From contig NIVC01000620.1 in NCBI GenBank assembly GCA_002269645.1, positions 124,001 to 188,000 of the forward strand: DNA of 64,000 nt, given 5' to 3'. This DNA is from Macrostomum lignano (Eukaryota). The position numbers were made by a program, and so were the translations under genes. The stretch's first letter is position 1. Each line of letters opens with the position of its first letter. Positions 1 through 13,088 of the stretch are shown piece after piece. The notes beneath the pieces are model-generated. The model did not search any database, was not told the origin of the DNA, and saw nothing but the letters and a program-made list of their open reading frames with translations.

Positions 1-249
1 ATGACAGGAATTTTCCAGGCGAGTGGGGAGGGTAAATTCAAAATGATTTTAATCCAGTGAGCAGGGCGGGCTATTACCTGATAGAGTGACACTCCGGAAA
101 AAAACTGTCCGAAATATGGCTTTCGATATAATAGTTATAACAATTGATTATACCTTCCCAATACGGCTAGATGTGCAACTGACAGCTCAGCCGCAGCTAT
201 TGCGCGGCGCACCTGACGGCTGCGTACGGCTGTTCAGTCCAAGGATCCA

Positions 250-450
250 AGGACTGAGGGGGGGAGGGTTGCCGCACACTCAATTTCCCCAGCTAATGCT
301 GGCATCCATTTTACAGCTGGGTGAACTGAAGCAATGCAGAGTTAAGTGTCTTGCTCAAGGATACAAATTGTTCCAGTGAGATCAGGAATCAAACCCCCTA
401 CCTTCAAGTAGTGAGTCCGACGCTCCAGCCACTAACTAAGCTACAACCCC
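250..450 (-). mobile_element. tRNA-derived SINE with a MetaSINE/V-like central domain
   Basis: Minus strand reads TAGCTTAGTTAG (A-box-like) ... GGTTTGATTCC (B-box-like), then CCTTGAGCAAGACACTTAAC...CAGTTCACCCAGCTGTAAAATGG. This resembles the conserved core of metazoan SINE superfamilies (recalled consensus, not searched). Confidence 0.7.
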
Positions 451-621
451 TACCCTATGATACAACATGGCTTCAGAGGATCAGCAATAAGATGTTATAA
501 TTGCCGCATTATAATTGAACAAATAGCAATTATCCGTTTATTTGGCCAGCGATGACAATTTAAAGTCGCCACAGGGGAAATGGCGGAATTCATTCTGGTG
601 TAGACAGGTGAGGACAGATCT

Positions 622-623
<2 letters not shown>

Positions 624-682
<59 letters not shown>
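624..682. repeat. (GA)n microsatellite
   Basis: Near-perfect GA dinucleotide run. Confidence 0.98.
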
Positions 683-683
<1 letters not shown>

Positions 684-2029
684 CTGTTGCAGCTGCCCGG
701 GCCTTAATGACTGGTCTTACCTACACGCTATGAGAAACTGGGGGGAGGCTTAGCTTTCTGCTTTTTTATAGCCCCAATGAAAGCAACTGCATGAAATTTC
801 ACAGAAGCTAGTATACGAAATACGTGTACAATAGTGAGAAGGGAATCAGAAATCGTCTAACAAATAATAAAGTTGTTGGTGCTGTATTAACTCAAGTTAC
901 TAATGAAGTACAAAGTAAAGTAAAGTAAGTAAAAAGTAAAAAGTAAAAAGGTGCACAAAGTAAAAAGGTGCAAAATTAAAGTTACTTTTTAAAGACACTT
1001 GGGCAACGAACCCTGGTTCGATTCCCACCGTGAGGGGCCGCATTCATTTGGCGCTTGTGTGCACAAAATTTGGCCCAGTGAGTTTGCGATTCACAGACTG
1101 TAAAATTTTCTCTTCGCACTTCAATGAAATAGAGCTCATAGTTAAACAAAAAATTTTCCTGTTGACAAATCCTTTGTTTTCAACGTTTTAACTAATTATG
1201 AAGCAATAAATGGTTACAGTTAAATAAATAGAATTTTCCGTCCTCTAATGAAGACACCAAAAAACTGGCTTGAACTCATAAATTTTACTGACACTGTTAA
1301 TCTTAGAGCAAAAACGGAAGTAGCTTACAAGCGCAACCTTGATGTCATTGTACATTATATTAATGACATCATGACGTCACCTAAAGATATGAAATATAGT
1401 TTTCCGTTTTTCACGTCAATAGACAAATACCACCAATACTCATGATGCTCCACCTTAGTGGTCGCAGCGTAAGGTCTATAATTAGGGTAGGGTCAGGCAT
1501 TGGCTAATTGTAGCCGGGAGCTTTAGGTGCTCGTCGCAAAGAAACTATATTTTATTGGCTGAAATACGAGCATAGATATTTAAAGGCAAAAATAAGATAG
1601 AAAAATATTACTTTAACTACTGAATGAGTTACAACGTTTACCGCAAAACACTCAGCGCTAGTATATACGAGGAGTCAACTACTAGCACAAAAAGCTTACG
1701 ACAATGTCGCTAATTTGTTTCTGGCAAGTAATCAAGTACAGAAATAGAAGTTAAGTTCTCCTTGATCAAAAAAGAGCCATTTTTGACTTATCAATCTGAC
1801 TGTCACTGCGAAATGAACGATGCATCCTATTCAGACCGCAAACACACATTACAGTGTACCATCGCACCCATTGTTGAAAAGTATCCAGGAACACAATTAC
1901 CCCCCAAAAGTTTTTATTCTTAGACAAAAATTGCAGCCCTCCCGTGAGAAACTGCCGATAGCAGCATCACAGTGATGGAGCACACAGTGTGCAGATTCTC
2001 ACCGTCATCAACGAACAGCATGCGATCCC

Positions 2030-2275
2030 TGACAGAAATTCAAGGCCTGGCGCCCGCCTTGTCGATGGCGGTCACAAAGAGCTTCAGCTGGACTTCTTGG
2101 ACTGTCCGAAAATCACTGGCTTGCCATCAGGTCGCTCGGCGAGGATGAACAGCTTGTCAGAGTCTCCAGCGATGCAGCGCAGCTCCTGCACGTCCTCTTG
2201 CAAGTCGGAGACGCCGACTCGAGACTGCTCGACGCCCCGCATGTCGGCGATGATCAGCTGTCGATTTTTCAGGCT
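2030..2275 (-). pseudogene. Coding-like exon fragment, paralogous to 3285-3410
   Basis: Minus frame QLIIADMRGVEQSRVGVSDLQEDVQELRCIAGDSDKLFILA aligns with QLIIVDMCGVKQSRVGFFDLEDDV*MLRCIAGDSDKLFILA at 3.3-3.4 kb. Confidence 0.45.
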
Positions 2276-3196
2276 CTTTTTTCAGGCTTCATACAGGCTT
2301 CATATAAGCCGAACGCTAGCTTATTCGGATTCTAAACTGTACAATATTCGACAAGAATGTACTTTGCTGCTATGAGCCAACTAAATGGAATCGCCAAGCT
2401 GCAGACGGTTTTCAGTACAATTCGTGTGATACTCGAAGCCAAAGTCGCTATTCTACTACGCGTTCACAGTCCAGGCAATAAATAGCTTAAAAGTAGGTTT
2501 TTTCCGCTTCGTCAAACTACCAAGGAGGGAATTGAAGTTGAGCAGTTGAGGTTTGCCCACTGTCGAGGCTTGATCAGCGTCATCAGACGTCATTTGCCAC
2601 CTGGTGCCACCTGTTGAAGGTCTAGAAGCTCGTGCCTGGGTGAAGGCCAGGTTGAAGATTCACAAAGTCAGAGCTGATACAGACAAATTTCATCAACGTG
2701 CCTCGGAGGCTTGGCAAGGCTGCATGCACTGAGGCGCAATGCTGATTGGCGTATTGAGGTGAGCTGAATGCACTAGCACTCATTAGGAAACTCAGACATT
2801 CTGTCAGAATTGTTGAATATCTCGACGGTCCTGAGAGCTGGCGACTTGATTCTTGTTCGAGAAAGTGCGCAACAAAAAGTTAACCAGTGTTTTTGAATTT
2901 CGTGTGCCTGCGTTGCTCCCTTCTGGCGCAGAAAAAAAGCGCAGAGACACACAAATCCACTCGTAAATGATAACTGAAACGCTAATTCTTAAGACAGATA
3001 AAATTTTGTCCAGGAAGAGCTGATCCTGTCTCACGCCCGCAACTTTTTCGCTGTCAATTCTTTTATCTACGAGTATAGCCAAGCTTGGACAAGTAGTCAC
3101 AGATAGTTGAATAAAAAATGTTGCTTTTTACGCGCATACTACCGTACAGAGAGTAGTTTTGCTGAACATCGATGACTGAAGCATCTGGGGTATTTT

Positions 3197-3590
3197 CTAT
3201 GCCGGCTTGCATTTGCCTTTCCGGAATGGAACTTTGACTGCAGCACCGAAGTAGGGCGTTCCAAAGCCGCTACTGACTTGCGAGAATAAACAGCTTGTCA
3301 GAGTCTCCGGCGATACAGCGCAGCATCTATACGTCATCTTCCAGGTCAAAGAAACCGACTCGGGACTGCTTGACTCCGCACATGTCAACGATGATCAGCT
3401 GTAGATCTTCAGCGATGATTTTGAGCTGCCGGGTACCTTGCCGACCTCTTGAGAGTCGAATGAAACCACAGCGATTTTTTCTCGCTGGAAGAATGATCCA
3501 CGGTGACAAGAATGGATTTGGGAGGCAGTTGGAGTTTTTCAGACTCTTCAGTAGCTGCCTGAGATGCTTCAGCGACTTCAGTAACATTTC
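3197..3590 (-). pseudogene. Disrupted duplicate of the 2030-2275 exon
   Basis: Same peptide as the 2.1-2.3 kb segment, with an in-frame TAG at 3327-3329 and a further TAG downstream. Confidence 0.45.
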
Positions 3591-4304
3591 AGTAATATTT
3601 TTCAGGTGGTCACTCTCTGTCTCACGCTGTCACTCTCACTGTCACTCTCACTGTCACTCTCTGACACTGTCACTTCTCCTATTCTGGCATTCACTGTCAC
3701 TCTCTGACTCTGTCTCTGTCTCTCTGCCAATTGAATCCACAGTTATTTACCGGAAACAGTCAATGTCTATCAGGAAACAGGCGTCGGATTGCAGCTCATG
3801 GTTATCAAAGTGCCGTTAAGAATTTCCCCAACGTAAAACTGTGCAGTTATGCACCCCTTGATGCCCTGACATAATTAAAAAAAATAATCGAAGATTAATC
3901 GAAGCGCTTACATGCAAAGCTATATGATAACTCTCTTTCTTTACTTCGCTTTACTTCAACAATAACTTCTCTTTCTAAAGCAAGTATGACTTCAAATCTC
4001 GTTCTTATTGTGCTACACACAGAATTCTGACTGGACGGGCGAAGTATTTCCTGAGCCAGTGAAAATTCTCATTCGATTGTTTAAAGTTGCTTCTGACCAA
4101 TAGTGCTGCGGGAATCAATGCATATTAAGAGGACAAGCAAGCAGCCTGGCTTGAAAAAATAACAACCAAACCTACCTTATACTCCAGATGTACTGGACCA
4201 TGTCAGGCAGCAACCTACTAGCAGGTTAGTGCTAACAGTATTCTCAACTACTGTATTGCTGAAATAAAATTCCGATATTTCACCCTCCTCATTCGCTCCT
4301 GCAG

Positions 4305-5296
4305 GCTCACAGCTGATTTCCAAAGCCATTATTGTTCTCACGACAATGATAGCAGCGACCTCCGGAACCATGTGGAGGCTGGCGGACGTGCAGTGCGCTC
4401 CCGAGAGCGCCAGCGCCGCGGCCGCCTTCCTCCGGTTCGTGGCGACCAGGGAGACTCACTGCGTCATGACGGCCTCCGAGAAGGCGCCCACAGGAGCTCT
4501 GGTGGCCCAGTTCGACAAGCTCTCCCGAACCTGCTCCGTGTTCGATTTCCAATCCGTGTGCCGAGCTCTGATCTCCGGACAGTCGGCCAGCTGCGCCGTG
4601 TTTTACCGATTTCCAATCAATCATCGATCGATGAACGCCAAGCTCAACAACGTGTGGCTGGCAGACGGCGTGAGCAGACTGGAGAACCTGGTGTGCCAGG
4701 CTGACCGGGACACGAACCGGCTGCATCCGGTGGGCGTTGTGTGGAGCAGCGACGGCGCCGTGTTCGACGGAGTGAGCGCCTTCGCCCAGTTAAACAAGAC
4801 CGACATAAGCTTCACCACTGGCCTCACCTGGCTGCTCAGGATCAAACGGCAGCCCAGACAGCAGCCATACTTTGAGTTCAACGACTGCAGCACCTTGGGA
4901 CAGGCCGTGGTGTACTCTGCTCACTTTTGGGAGTATTCTGCTCCAAGACAAGCCTTCGTTCGACTGGGTGACGTCACCGGAACTCTGCTGCAAAGTCACC
5001 AGACACTTGTAGACACCCTGTCTGCTGGAGCTGACGACTGGGTGAATATCGGGTTCACAACTACCGCCTCTGGCGACTCGATGGACATGTTCTTGGGAAA
5101 TTCTTTCTTGTCCAGAGCGAGCATTAGTAAACTAAACGTAGCGAGCATTTCTATCAGCAACATGTGCATGCTCTTCGGGATGCGAGTGAGCGCTCCAAAC
5201 TACATGTTCCATGGGACCCTGCGAGCTCTGGCCCTCGCCAGTGCCCAAATGTCCGAGACCGAGATTCGCGATTTTTTCGACCTACTGAGCGAATGA
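4305..5296 (+). CDS. Large exon of a probable secreted protein with a C-terminal LamG/concanavalin-A-like (pentraxin-like) domain
   Basis: 316-aa GC-rich ORF. The open frame extends upstream through QLISKAIIVLTTMIAATSG (signal-peptide-like), next to acceptor-like CTGCAG (4299-4304) and CACAG (to 4312). The C-terminus DWVNIGFTT...MDMFLG...FHGTLRALALASAQMSETEIRDF matches the W-x-H-V-x-x-T / L-Y-V-N-G / F-x-G-x-I ... L-S-x-x-E-I pattern of Laminin_G_3. Confidence 0.65.
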
Positions 5297-8200
5297 AATT
5301 ACTTCAATGGTTTCGATCGTTCCCCGGTATTCTGCTAATTACTGTAGCGTCGGCCGCCTAAGCTGAAAATTTCTACTTTTTAGCACTTTTTAGACCATTT
5401 CTATTCCTATATGACTGAATACGCGGCTCGTACTATTCCTTTGGTCCGATTTCTTCTGAAAATTAATTTATTTTTATGAACTATTATAATATATTATTCG
5501 ACCAGAAATACAAAATTGCAAACCTTTTACCCAGTTAATCTTTTAGTCTGTGATTTGTAATAATCAAGTATTAAAAAACAGGAACTAGCAGTTGTACATG
5601 TACATTCACGAACAAATAGGTCAGGTGCAGCTCGTGACATCTTTTTAATCGATTTTCGTGCGGGATGCGCATCCAAGACACTTGCTGAAATGAGCACCCG
5701 AATCAAGGGCTTTTCAGGAGTTATTCAAACAATCAATCATTAGAATAATTATACGCTCGTAAAAGTCTGGTATAATTACCTCTATAAAAAGCTATGGGCT
5801 AACTGATTAGGTTTAGAGTGTGTCGGATCTAGAAGTCGTCGAGCTCTGACTAAGGCCACGAGGCCATGACGCAGGCAGGAGAGCACTGAGTCTTATTAAA
5901 TTGACATGCATGAAAGGATCGGAAAATATACTGATAGACTGATAGGAAACGTATGATTTAGCGCAAGCATACAGAATTAACTATTTTAAACGTCATACGG
6001 ACAGGGATGCTCCAGCGCTGGATGAGGGTTTAGGGGTGCTTCCACGATGCAAAAACCTGAGCGGTGGCAAACTGGTCAAAAGTAACTGGTAGAGCTTATA
6101 AGATGCATTCCAAATCCGCTTATTGAAATCTACAGCGCATCAGTGCCCTGTATTTGTTACTCTGAGCTTCTACATGTGCGTTTTGAGTTCCCGTCAAAGT
6201 CACGATATAACACAAGGACCCAGTTTCTAAGTTCTTCATCTTCGACAGCTGCTCTGATCTGCTCAGTTATAAGCCCACCCGAATGAGCTGCAAACCAATG
6301 TCTTATATTGACCCTTGTCACTGTATTGACCGAGAAAGTCTGTTTTGCAATTTTCCGCAGTTAAACATTCATTTTCCTGACGGATTAGTATTTACAAAGT
6401 CTTTCGTTGCTGTTTCACATTAGGGCCAAAGCAAAAAGGAATAAAAATTTCGTATTAGCCATGGTATCATGGCTGCATAGGGCAGAAAAGTCTCCATTGA
6501 GGGATGAAAGGATGATGAAGGAGATCTGGTTCTCCAACCTCTCTCCTGTTCCCTTTTCCTGGTTTCGTAAGCATTTTTGCTGCTTTTTACAGTAGTCATT
6601 TATTTTGCCATGTTAGAGTTAATTAAATTTGATTTGGAGTCGTGCACAGTAGAATTGATACTTCCACGTCTAGAGCACCAACCCCAACCATAAGCTCAAT
6701 CAATACCAAAATAAATAAATTTATCGATGAGATATTTTGATTAGTGTTTTTTGTTTTGCGATCTCATGAATATATTAAGCAGCTCGGCAAAACACAGCAA
6801 TTTTGTGTGTCACTGAGCGATCTCCCAGCTACGCTCCAGGTCAACATTGTTAAATCCCATTCAGTGAAAATCCACTCAGCACATCCCTCTCAGCATTATT
6901 TCAAGTCAAGTACCATTTCCTGATCATTAGCATCATTCCCTCGAAATATCTCAAGTGGCACTCAAAAAGATCATTAATGCAAGATTGTGTTCACAAAACG
7001 ACAAAATCGTTGTTTTCATAAGCTCAAAATTTCACATTTTTAATAGCAGAATCTTTCACGATTTATCGATTTCTAAATTACATGGCTTGAAACTCCTGCG
7101 CCTGTCTCATGGTGGGGACCCTAAGGGTCAAATGGGGCAGGACAACTCAGTAGTAACGAGTCTGACTCGCGCCGTGACTCCAGCTGGTTCATTTGCCAGA
7201 CGTTGTCCTGCGATTCACAGCCAACAGGGCACAGAGAGTGGCCAGTGTTGTGTATGCGGCTTGTACGCTGGTTAGGGTTCTTGCGTTCTGATTGGCTGGG
7301 GGGTTTGTCTGTCTGCCAGACCGGCCTAGGCCGGGTGGGTGTTTGATGTCTGCTGAATCATGCTGGTTAGTAGTTTAACTATATAATATAAGTGCGCACC
7401 GGCCTTTCAAGCCTTTGTGACTTTTCCTACCCTGCAATCGCTTCTCGTATCTTATTCATTTGGCCACGCTGCCTCAAAGTACAACAGCCAGCTTCCTAGC
7501 TCTGTTTTGTGTCCCAATTTTACCCATATTGACTGGCGCAGCCTCAATGCCGACGCCATTCGCGGGTCCGATAATCTGACGGCGATGCCGGGGGGGGTGG
7601 TTAGCCACTGCGATCGTATTTGTATAGATGTGCTGCACAGCTGCATAGAAGAAAATATCGTGGATCTTAAAAAAAATAAATTTTTTCAGGTATAATTATG
7701 ACGACACAGCAAAAAATGTTGTTCAAGCATTATGGATCAGAAAACAACTTGTACCTGTTAATATAGCTAATGCATCAGAAAGTTGGACGGATCTGAAAAA
7801 AAGTTGTTCAAGCATAATGGATCAGCAAATAAGTTGTATCCGCAAATAAATATAGTCTGCAAAGGAAGAGGCGACAGGAAAATCTGATTGCTGAATTAGA
7901 TTTTAGATTTGCACCTTACGCAATTTCCCTCAAATTGGCTGTTTTTTCATGTGATTAAAAAATCTCACACCGCAGATTTTACCACTAAAATGATGGGATA
8001 TAAAAAGTGACTGAAAACTATAAATTATTATCAGCATAGAGACATCCCACCACTTCGGCTATGGATGATGCGGTTGATGATGAGGCAGATCTGGCACTCT
8101 AGCCTCCCTCTGCTCCGTTTTTCCTAGTCTCGCAGGCATTTTTGCTGCTAGCTTGTCTACTTTACCACAGTAGAGTAGCTTAAAGTTGAGTTGAAGTACA

Positions 8201-8512
8201 ACAGCATTAATGCTTTGACTTCTAGAACACCAACCCCAATGCCAAGCACTCGTACAACCATAGACTATCAGTGCTAAATTAAAATTATCTGATAAAAATT
8301 GTCCAACCACGGTTGTCTTCCGACTTTTGAGCTCTAGATGAAGACCTGGCGCTATTAGATCCGTACTAGCAATCTTCGCCCCCCGATGGGGGACATCTGG
8401 ATAGAATCTCTGTTCTCTACAAGTAACAAAAAGACAGCCAAAAAATCCTTCACAAAGACAACAGACAAACTGCTCAAATGAAGTGCATTGCAAAAAGAAA
8501 TCATCCCAAGAC

Positions 8513-9625
8513 CGCAAGCATCCCCCAGATAGCAAGCATCCCCAAGATAGCAAGCATCCCCCAGATAGCAAGCATCCCCCAGATTGCAAGCATCCCCAAG
8601 ATAGCAAGCATCCCCCAGATAGCAAGCGTCTTCAAGATAGCAAGCATCCCCCAGATTGCAAGCATCCCCCCAGATAGCAAGCATCCCCCAGATAGCAAGC
8701 ATCCCCCAGATAGCAAGCATCCTCAGATAGCAAGCATCCCCCAGATAGCAAGCATCCCCCAGATTGCAAGCATCCCCCAGATAGCAAGCATCCCCCAGAT
8801 AGCAAGCATCCCCAGATAGCAAGCATCCCCCAGATAGCAAGCATCCCCCAGATTGCAAGCATCCCCCAGATTGCAAGCATCCCCCGGATAGCAAGCATCC
8901 CCCAGATAACAAGCATCCCCCAGATAGCAAGCATCCCCCAGATAGCAAGCATCCCCCAGATAGCAAGCATCCCCAAGATAGCAAGCATCCCTCAGATAGC
9001 AAGCATCCCCCAGATAGCAAGCATCCCCCAGATAGCAAGCATCCCCAGATAGCAAGCATCCCCCAGATAGCAAGCATCCCTCAGATAGCAAGCATCCCCC
9101 AGATAGCAAGCATCCCCCAGATAGCAAGCATCCCCAAGATAGCAAGCATCCCCCAGATAGCAAGCATCCCCCAGATAGCAAGCATCCCCCAGATAGCAAG
9201 CATCCCCAAGATAGCAAGCATCCCTCAGATAGCAAGCATCCCTCAGATAGCAAGCATCCCCCAGATAGCAAGCATCCCCAAGATAGCAAGCATCCCTCAG
9301 ATAGCAAGCATCCCCCAGATAGCCAGCATCCCCCATATAGCAAGCATCCCCCAGATAGCAAGCATCCCCCAGATAGCAAGCATCCCCCAGATAGCAAGCA
9401 TCCCCCAGATTGCAAGCATCCCCCGGATAGCAAGCATCCCCCAGATAGCAAGCATCCCCAAGATAGCAAGCATCCCTCAGATAGCAAGCATCCCCAAGAT
9501 AGCAAGCATCCCTCAGATAGCAAGCATCCCCCAGATAGCAAGCATCCCCAAGATAGCAAGCATCCCTCAGATAGCAAGCATCCCCAAGATAGATAGCATC
9601 CCCAAATAGCAAGCATCCACCAGAC
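8513..9625. repeat. 18-19-bp minisatellite (GCAAGCATCCCCCAGATA)n
   Basis: Directly adjacent tandem units. All ORFs called here are repeat translations. Confidence 0.97.
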
Positions 9626-9779
9626 AATAAGTAGCTAGTGCGACAATTTCCTTAGCATTATAGCGGCTCCTTTAAAATTCGCTTACTTTTACGTTTGAAA
9701 TTGTGTATCTTTTATGTTATACATTGTGGCTCTTTCTTGTTCTACGCTCGTACATGGTAACTCTTTTATGTTTGATACA

Positions 9780-11260
9780 GTGGCTTTTCAATGTCTGACA
9801 TGGTGGCTCTTCTATGTTTGACATGGGGGCTCTTCTATTTTAGACATGAGGCTCTTCTATGTTTGACATGGGGGCTTATCTATGTTTGACAAAGTGGCTT
9901 TTTAATGTTTGACATGGTGGCTCTTAAATGTTTGACATGGTGGCTCTTAAATGTTTGACATGGTGGCTCTTTTATGTTCGACATGGTGGCTCTTTTATGT
10001 TCGACATGGTGGCTCTTAAATGTTTGACATGGTGGCTCTTAAATGTTTGACATGGTGGCTCTTTTATGTTTGACATGGTGGCTCTTTAATGTTCGACATG
10101 GAGTCATGCATATGTTTGACATGGTAGCTCTTGAATGTTCAACATGGAGTCATGTATATGTTTGACATGGTGGCTCTTAAATGTTCGACATGGTGGCTCT
10201 TTAATGTTTGACATGGAGTCATGTATATGCTTGACATGGTGGCTCTTGAATGTTCGACATAGAGTCATGTATATGTTTGCCATGGTGGCTCTTTAATGTT
10301 AGACATGGTGGCTCTTTAATGTCTAACATGGAGTCACGTATATATTTTACATGGAGTCACGTATATGTTTCACATGGTGGCTATTTTATGTTTGACATGG
10401 TGGTTCTTAACTGTTCGACATGGTGGCTCTTTAATGTTTGACATGGTGGCACTTTCATGTTTGACCTGGTGGCTCTTTAATGTTTTACATGGTGGCTCTT
10501 TAATATTTGACATGGTGGCTCTTTTATGTTCGACATGGTGGCTCTTCAATGTTTGACATGGAGTCATGTATATGTTTGACATGGTGGCTCTTTAATGTTT
10601 TACATAGTGGCACTTTAATGTTTGACCTGGTGGGTCTTTAATGTTTGACATGGTACCTCTTTTATGTTCGACATGGTGGCTCTTTAATGTTCTACATGGT
10701 GGCTCTTTTATGTTCGACATGGTGGCTCTTTAATGTTTGACATGGTGGCTCTTTAATTTTCGAAATGGTGGCTCTTTAATGTTTGACATGGTGGCTCTTT
10801 AATTTTCGAAATGTTGGCTGTTTTATGTTCGACATGGTGGCTCTTTAATGTTCTTAATGGTGGCTCTTTAATGTTCTTAATGGTGGCTCTTTAATGTTCT
10901 TAATGGTGGCTCTTTAATGTTTGACATGTTAACTCTTTTATGTTTGATATGGTGGCTCTTTTATGTTCGACATGGTGGCTCTTTAATGTTCGACATGGTG
11001 GCTCTTTTAGGTTTGAAATGGTGGCTCTTTAATGTTTGACATTGTGGCTTTTTAATGTTCGACATGGTGGCTCTTTTAGGGTTGAAATGGTGGCTCTTTA
11101 ATGTTTGCTATGGTGGCTTTTTAATGTTCGACATGGTGGCTCTTTAATGTTCTTAATGGTGTCTGTTTTATGTTTGACATGGTGGCTCTTCAATGTTTCG
11201 ACATGGTGGGTCTTTAATGTTTGACATGGTGGCTCTTGTATGTTTGACATTGCGCTTCTT
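9780..11260. repeat. ~21-bp minisatellite (TTTAATGTTTGACATGGTGGCTC-like)n
   Basis: Tandem units built on the GACATGGTGGCTC core, with an alternate GACATGGAGTCATG unit. Confidence 0.95.
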
Positions 11261-11309
11261 TTATGTTTAGCAGTTTTTTGTTTTTAAGGTGTTTTAATAA
11301 AAAAAATCA

Positions 11310-11376
11310 TTTTGCGCTACCAAGATTCGAACCCAGGTCGCTACATTAGCAGTCCAGTCTGTTCGCATCTAGGCTA
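11310..11376 (-). other. Degenerate tRNA-like (pol III B-box) segment inside Helitron A
   Basis: Minus strand GGACTGCTAAT...CTGGGTTCGAATCTTGG resembles a Ser(GCT) anticodon arm plus T-arm. No intact acceptor stem. Confidence 0.45.
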
Positions 11377-12260
11377 TCTTTTTTCAATTGGAGCACATGA
11401 ACTGTGGCCCTTATAATTCAATACTTATAGCAAGTCGGTTAGAGTAAAAATTTATGACAGAATCAATTTCTAAGTGAGCCAGTATCAGTCTTAATTTAAG
11501 TAAGCAATATGGTTACGCAATTTCAATCAAGTCTTGTGTGCGTTTCTGTGGCACTATTTTCACCTTGTTGTGATGCAATCTTTATCAGAATTGAAATTCA
11601 GCCAGTCAGTTTTTTCTCTAGCATTCTTACAATGCATTTCAAGTCGAAAATTTTGCTTGACCTTTGCAAAAAAGCTTGTTTTTTGAATATTTAATCCCTT
11701 TAGCATTGAGCAATTTCTTAGCCAAGATGCATGTACCGTCCCAGGAAAATTTCTGATCGAATGGTGCAAGTTTGAAGAAAATCGGTTGAGCCAATTTTTC
11801 TGAAATCTATCGCATACCTACCCACATACATACATACAGACAACTCATTTTTAGTATATAGGATTAGTTCGTGGGCCCGCTGCGGCCCAGGCTCGATTCC
11901 AAATGCAGTCACATTAACAGTAGAATTATCAAGAGGGGGAATTCCCCCCTGACAATTTTTTACTGCGCCGAAACAGAGCAACGCGGGCACACGAAATTCA
12001 AGAACACGGGCTGAATTTTGTTGCGCACCTTCTCAAACAAGAATCAAGTCGCCAGCCCTCCGGACCGTCAAGATATTCGACGATTCTGCCAGAAGGTCGG
12101 ATTTTTCCCATAAGCGCTAGTGTATTCAGTACACCCCTGTGCGCCAATCAGCACTGCGCCTCAGTGCGGCCTTGCCAAGCCTCCAAATTTCATCAGCTCG
12201 TCGAGCACATGTGTCTGCATCAGCTCTGACTTCGTTGGTCACACTGACTTTCATTCAGAC

Positions 12261-13085
12261 GGAGCTTCTGGACCTTCAACAGGTGGCACCAGGTGACTAC
12301 GGAAACGCTGTTTCGAAATTCTCTAGTTCCGCCGATCATGCCTTGACAGTGGGCAAGCCTCAATTGCTGGACATTCTCAGCTAGTTTCTCGAGCATTCCG
12401 TCATCACCGGACGCCGTCAGCACCTTCAAAAGGTGGCACCATGTGACTATGGACATCTTGCTGCAACTATGTCAGCTTTTTCTTATCAAGCTTCAATAAT
12501 GGGCCAACCTCAACCTCAACTGCTAGGTATCCTCAACTAGTTTCTCAAGCATTCGGTCGTCATTCAGCCGTCATCGGAACCCTCAGGAAGGCGAAACCTT
12601 GACTATGGATACCCAAAATTTTTAAATAATTTTAGTAACTTTTCAGACAGAAAACTTAGAGATTTAGTATATTGTGACTTGATCTTCACTTCACAAAAAA
12701 TAGATATAATTTATTTCTTCGCGAATCTTCGGTTCAATTTACAGTTTAGTTAACAAATTACGTCATCAAGTTTACGTAATCATGTCGGGTGATGATAGAC
12801 TGTTTGAGAGTCTAGCTGAGAATGACCAGGAGTTAAAGTTTGCCCATTATTGATGCTTGGTCAGCGAAATAAAAACAATCGCAACGGCGTGTCCATAGTC
12901 GCCTGGTGTGATCTATTTGAGGTGCCAACGGCGTCGGGGTGATGACGGAATGCTCGAGAAACTAGCTGAGAATGTCTAGCAATTGAGGCTTGCCCACTGT
13001 CAAGGCATGATCGGCGGAACTAGAGAATTTCGGAACAGCGTTCCCGTAGTCACCTGGTGCCACCTGTTGAAGGTCTAGAAGCTCC
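12261..13085. repeat. Long inverted repeat (core arms 12261-12424 and 12921-13085) made of ~150-bp subunits
   Basis: The reverse complement of 12921-13085 matches 12261-12424 with only a handful of substitutions. More diverged subunits lie inward. A third partial copy is at 2538-2631. Confidence 0.9.
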
Positions 13086-13088
13086 ACC

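Larger units (their letters stand above)
8366..11863 (-). mobile_element. Non-autonomous Helitron A (3.5 kb) containing two minisatellites and a tRNA-like segment
   Basis: On the minus strand the 5' end is A|TCCTATATACTAAA (11863). The 3' end is a CCCCC-ATC-GGGGG hairpin followed by CTAG|T (8366-8369). These are canonical TC...hairpin-CTRR termini at an AT target. Confidence 0.75.

Noticed and set aside
8059-9627. Long overlapping ORFs (up to 297 aa) such as (GGCLLS)n and (LGDACY)n
   Set aside because: They are translations of an 18-bp minisatellite, open in several frames, and frame-shift with the 18/19-bp unit changes.
10250-10582. ORFs in the 21-bp array; likewise 15186-15443, 44318-44953 and 51025-51441
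   Set aside because: Repeat-derived frames with no independent coding evidence.
11310-11376. Functional tRNA-Ser gene (also tRNA-like bits near 1012-1030 and 53860-53900)
   Set aside because: Only the anticodon/T-arm-like parts are recognisable, there is no acceptor stem, and they are embedded in repeats.
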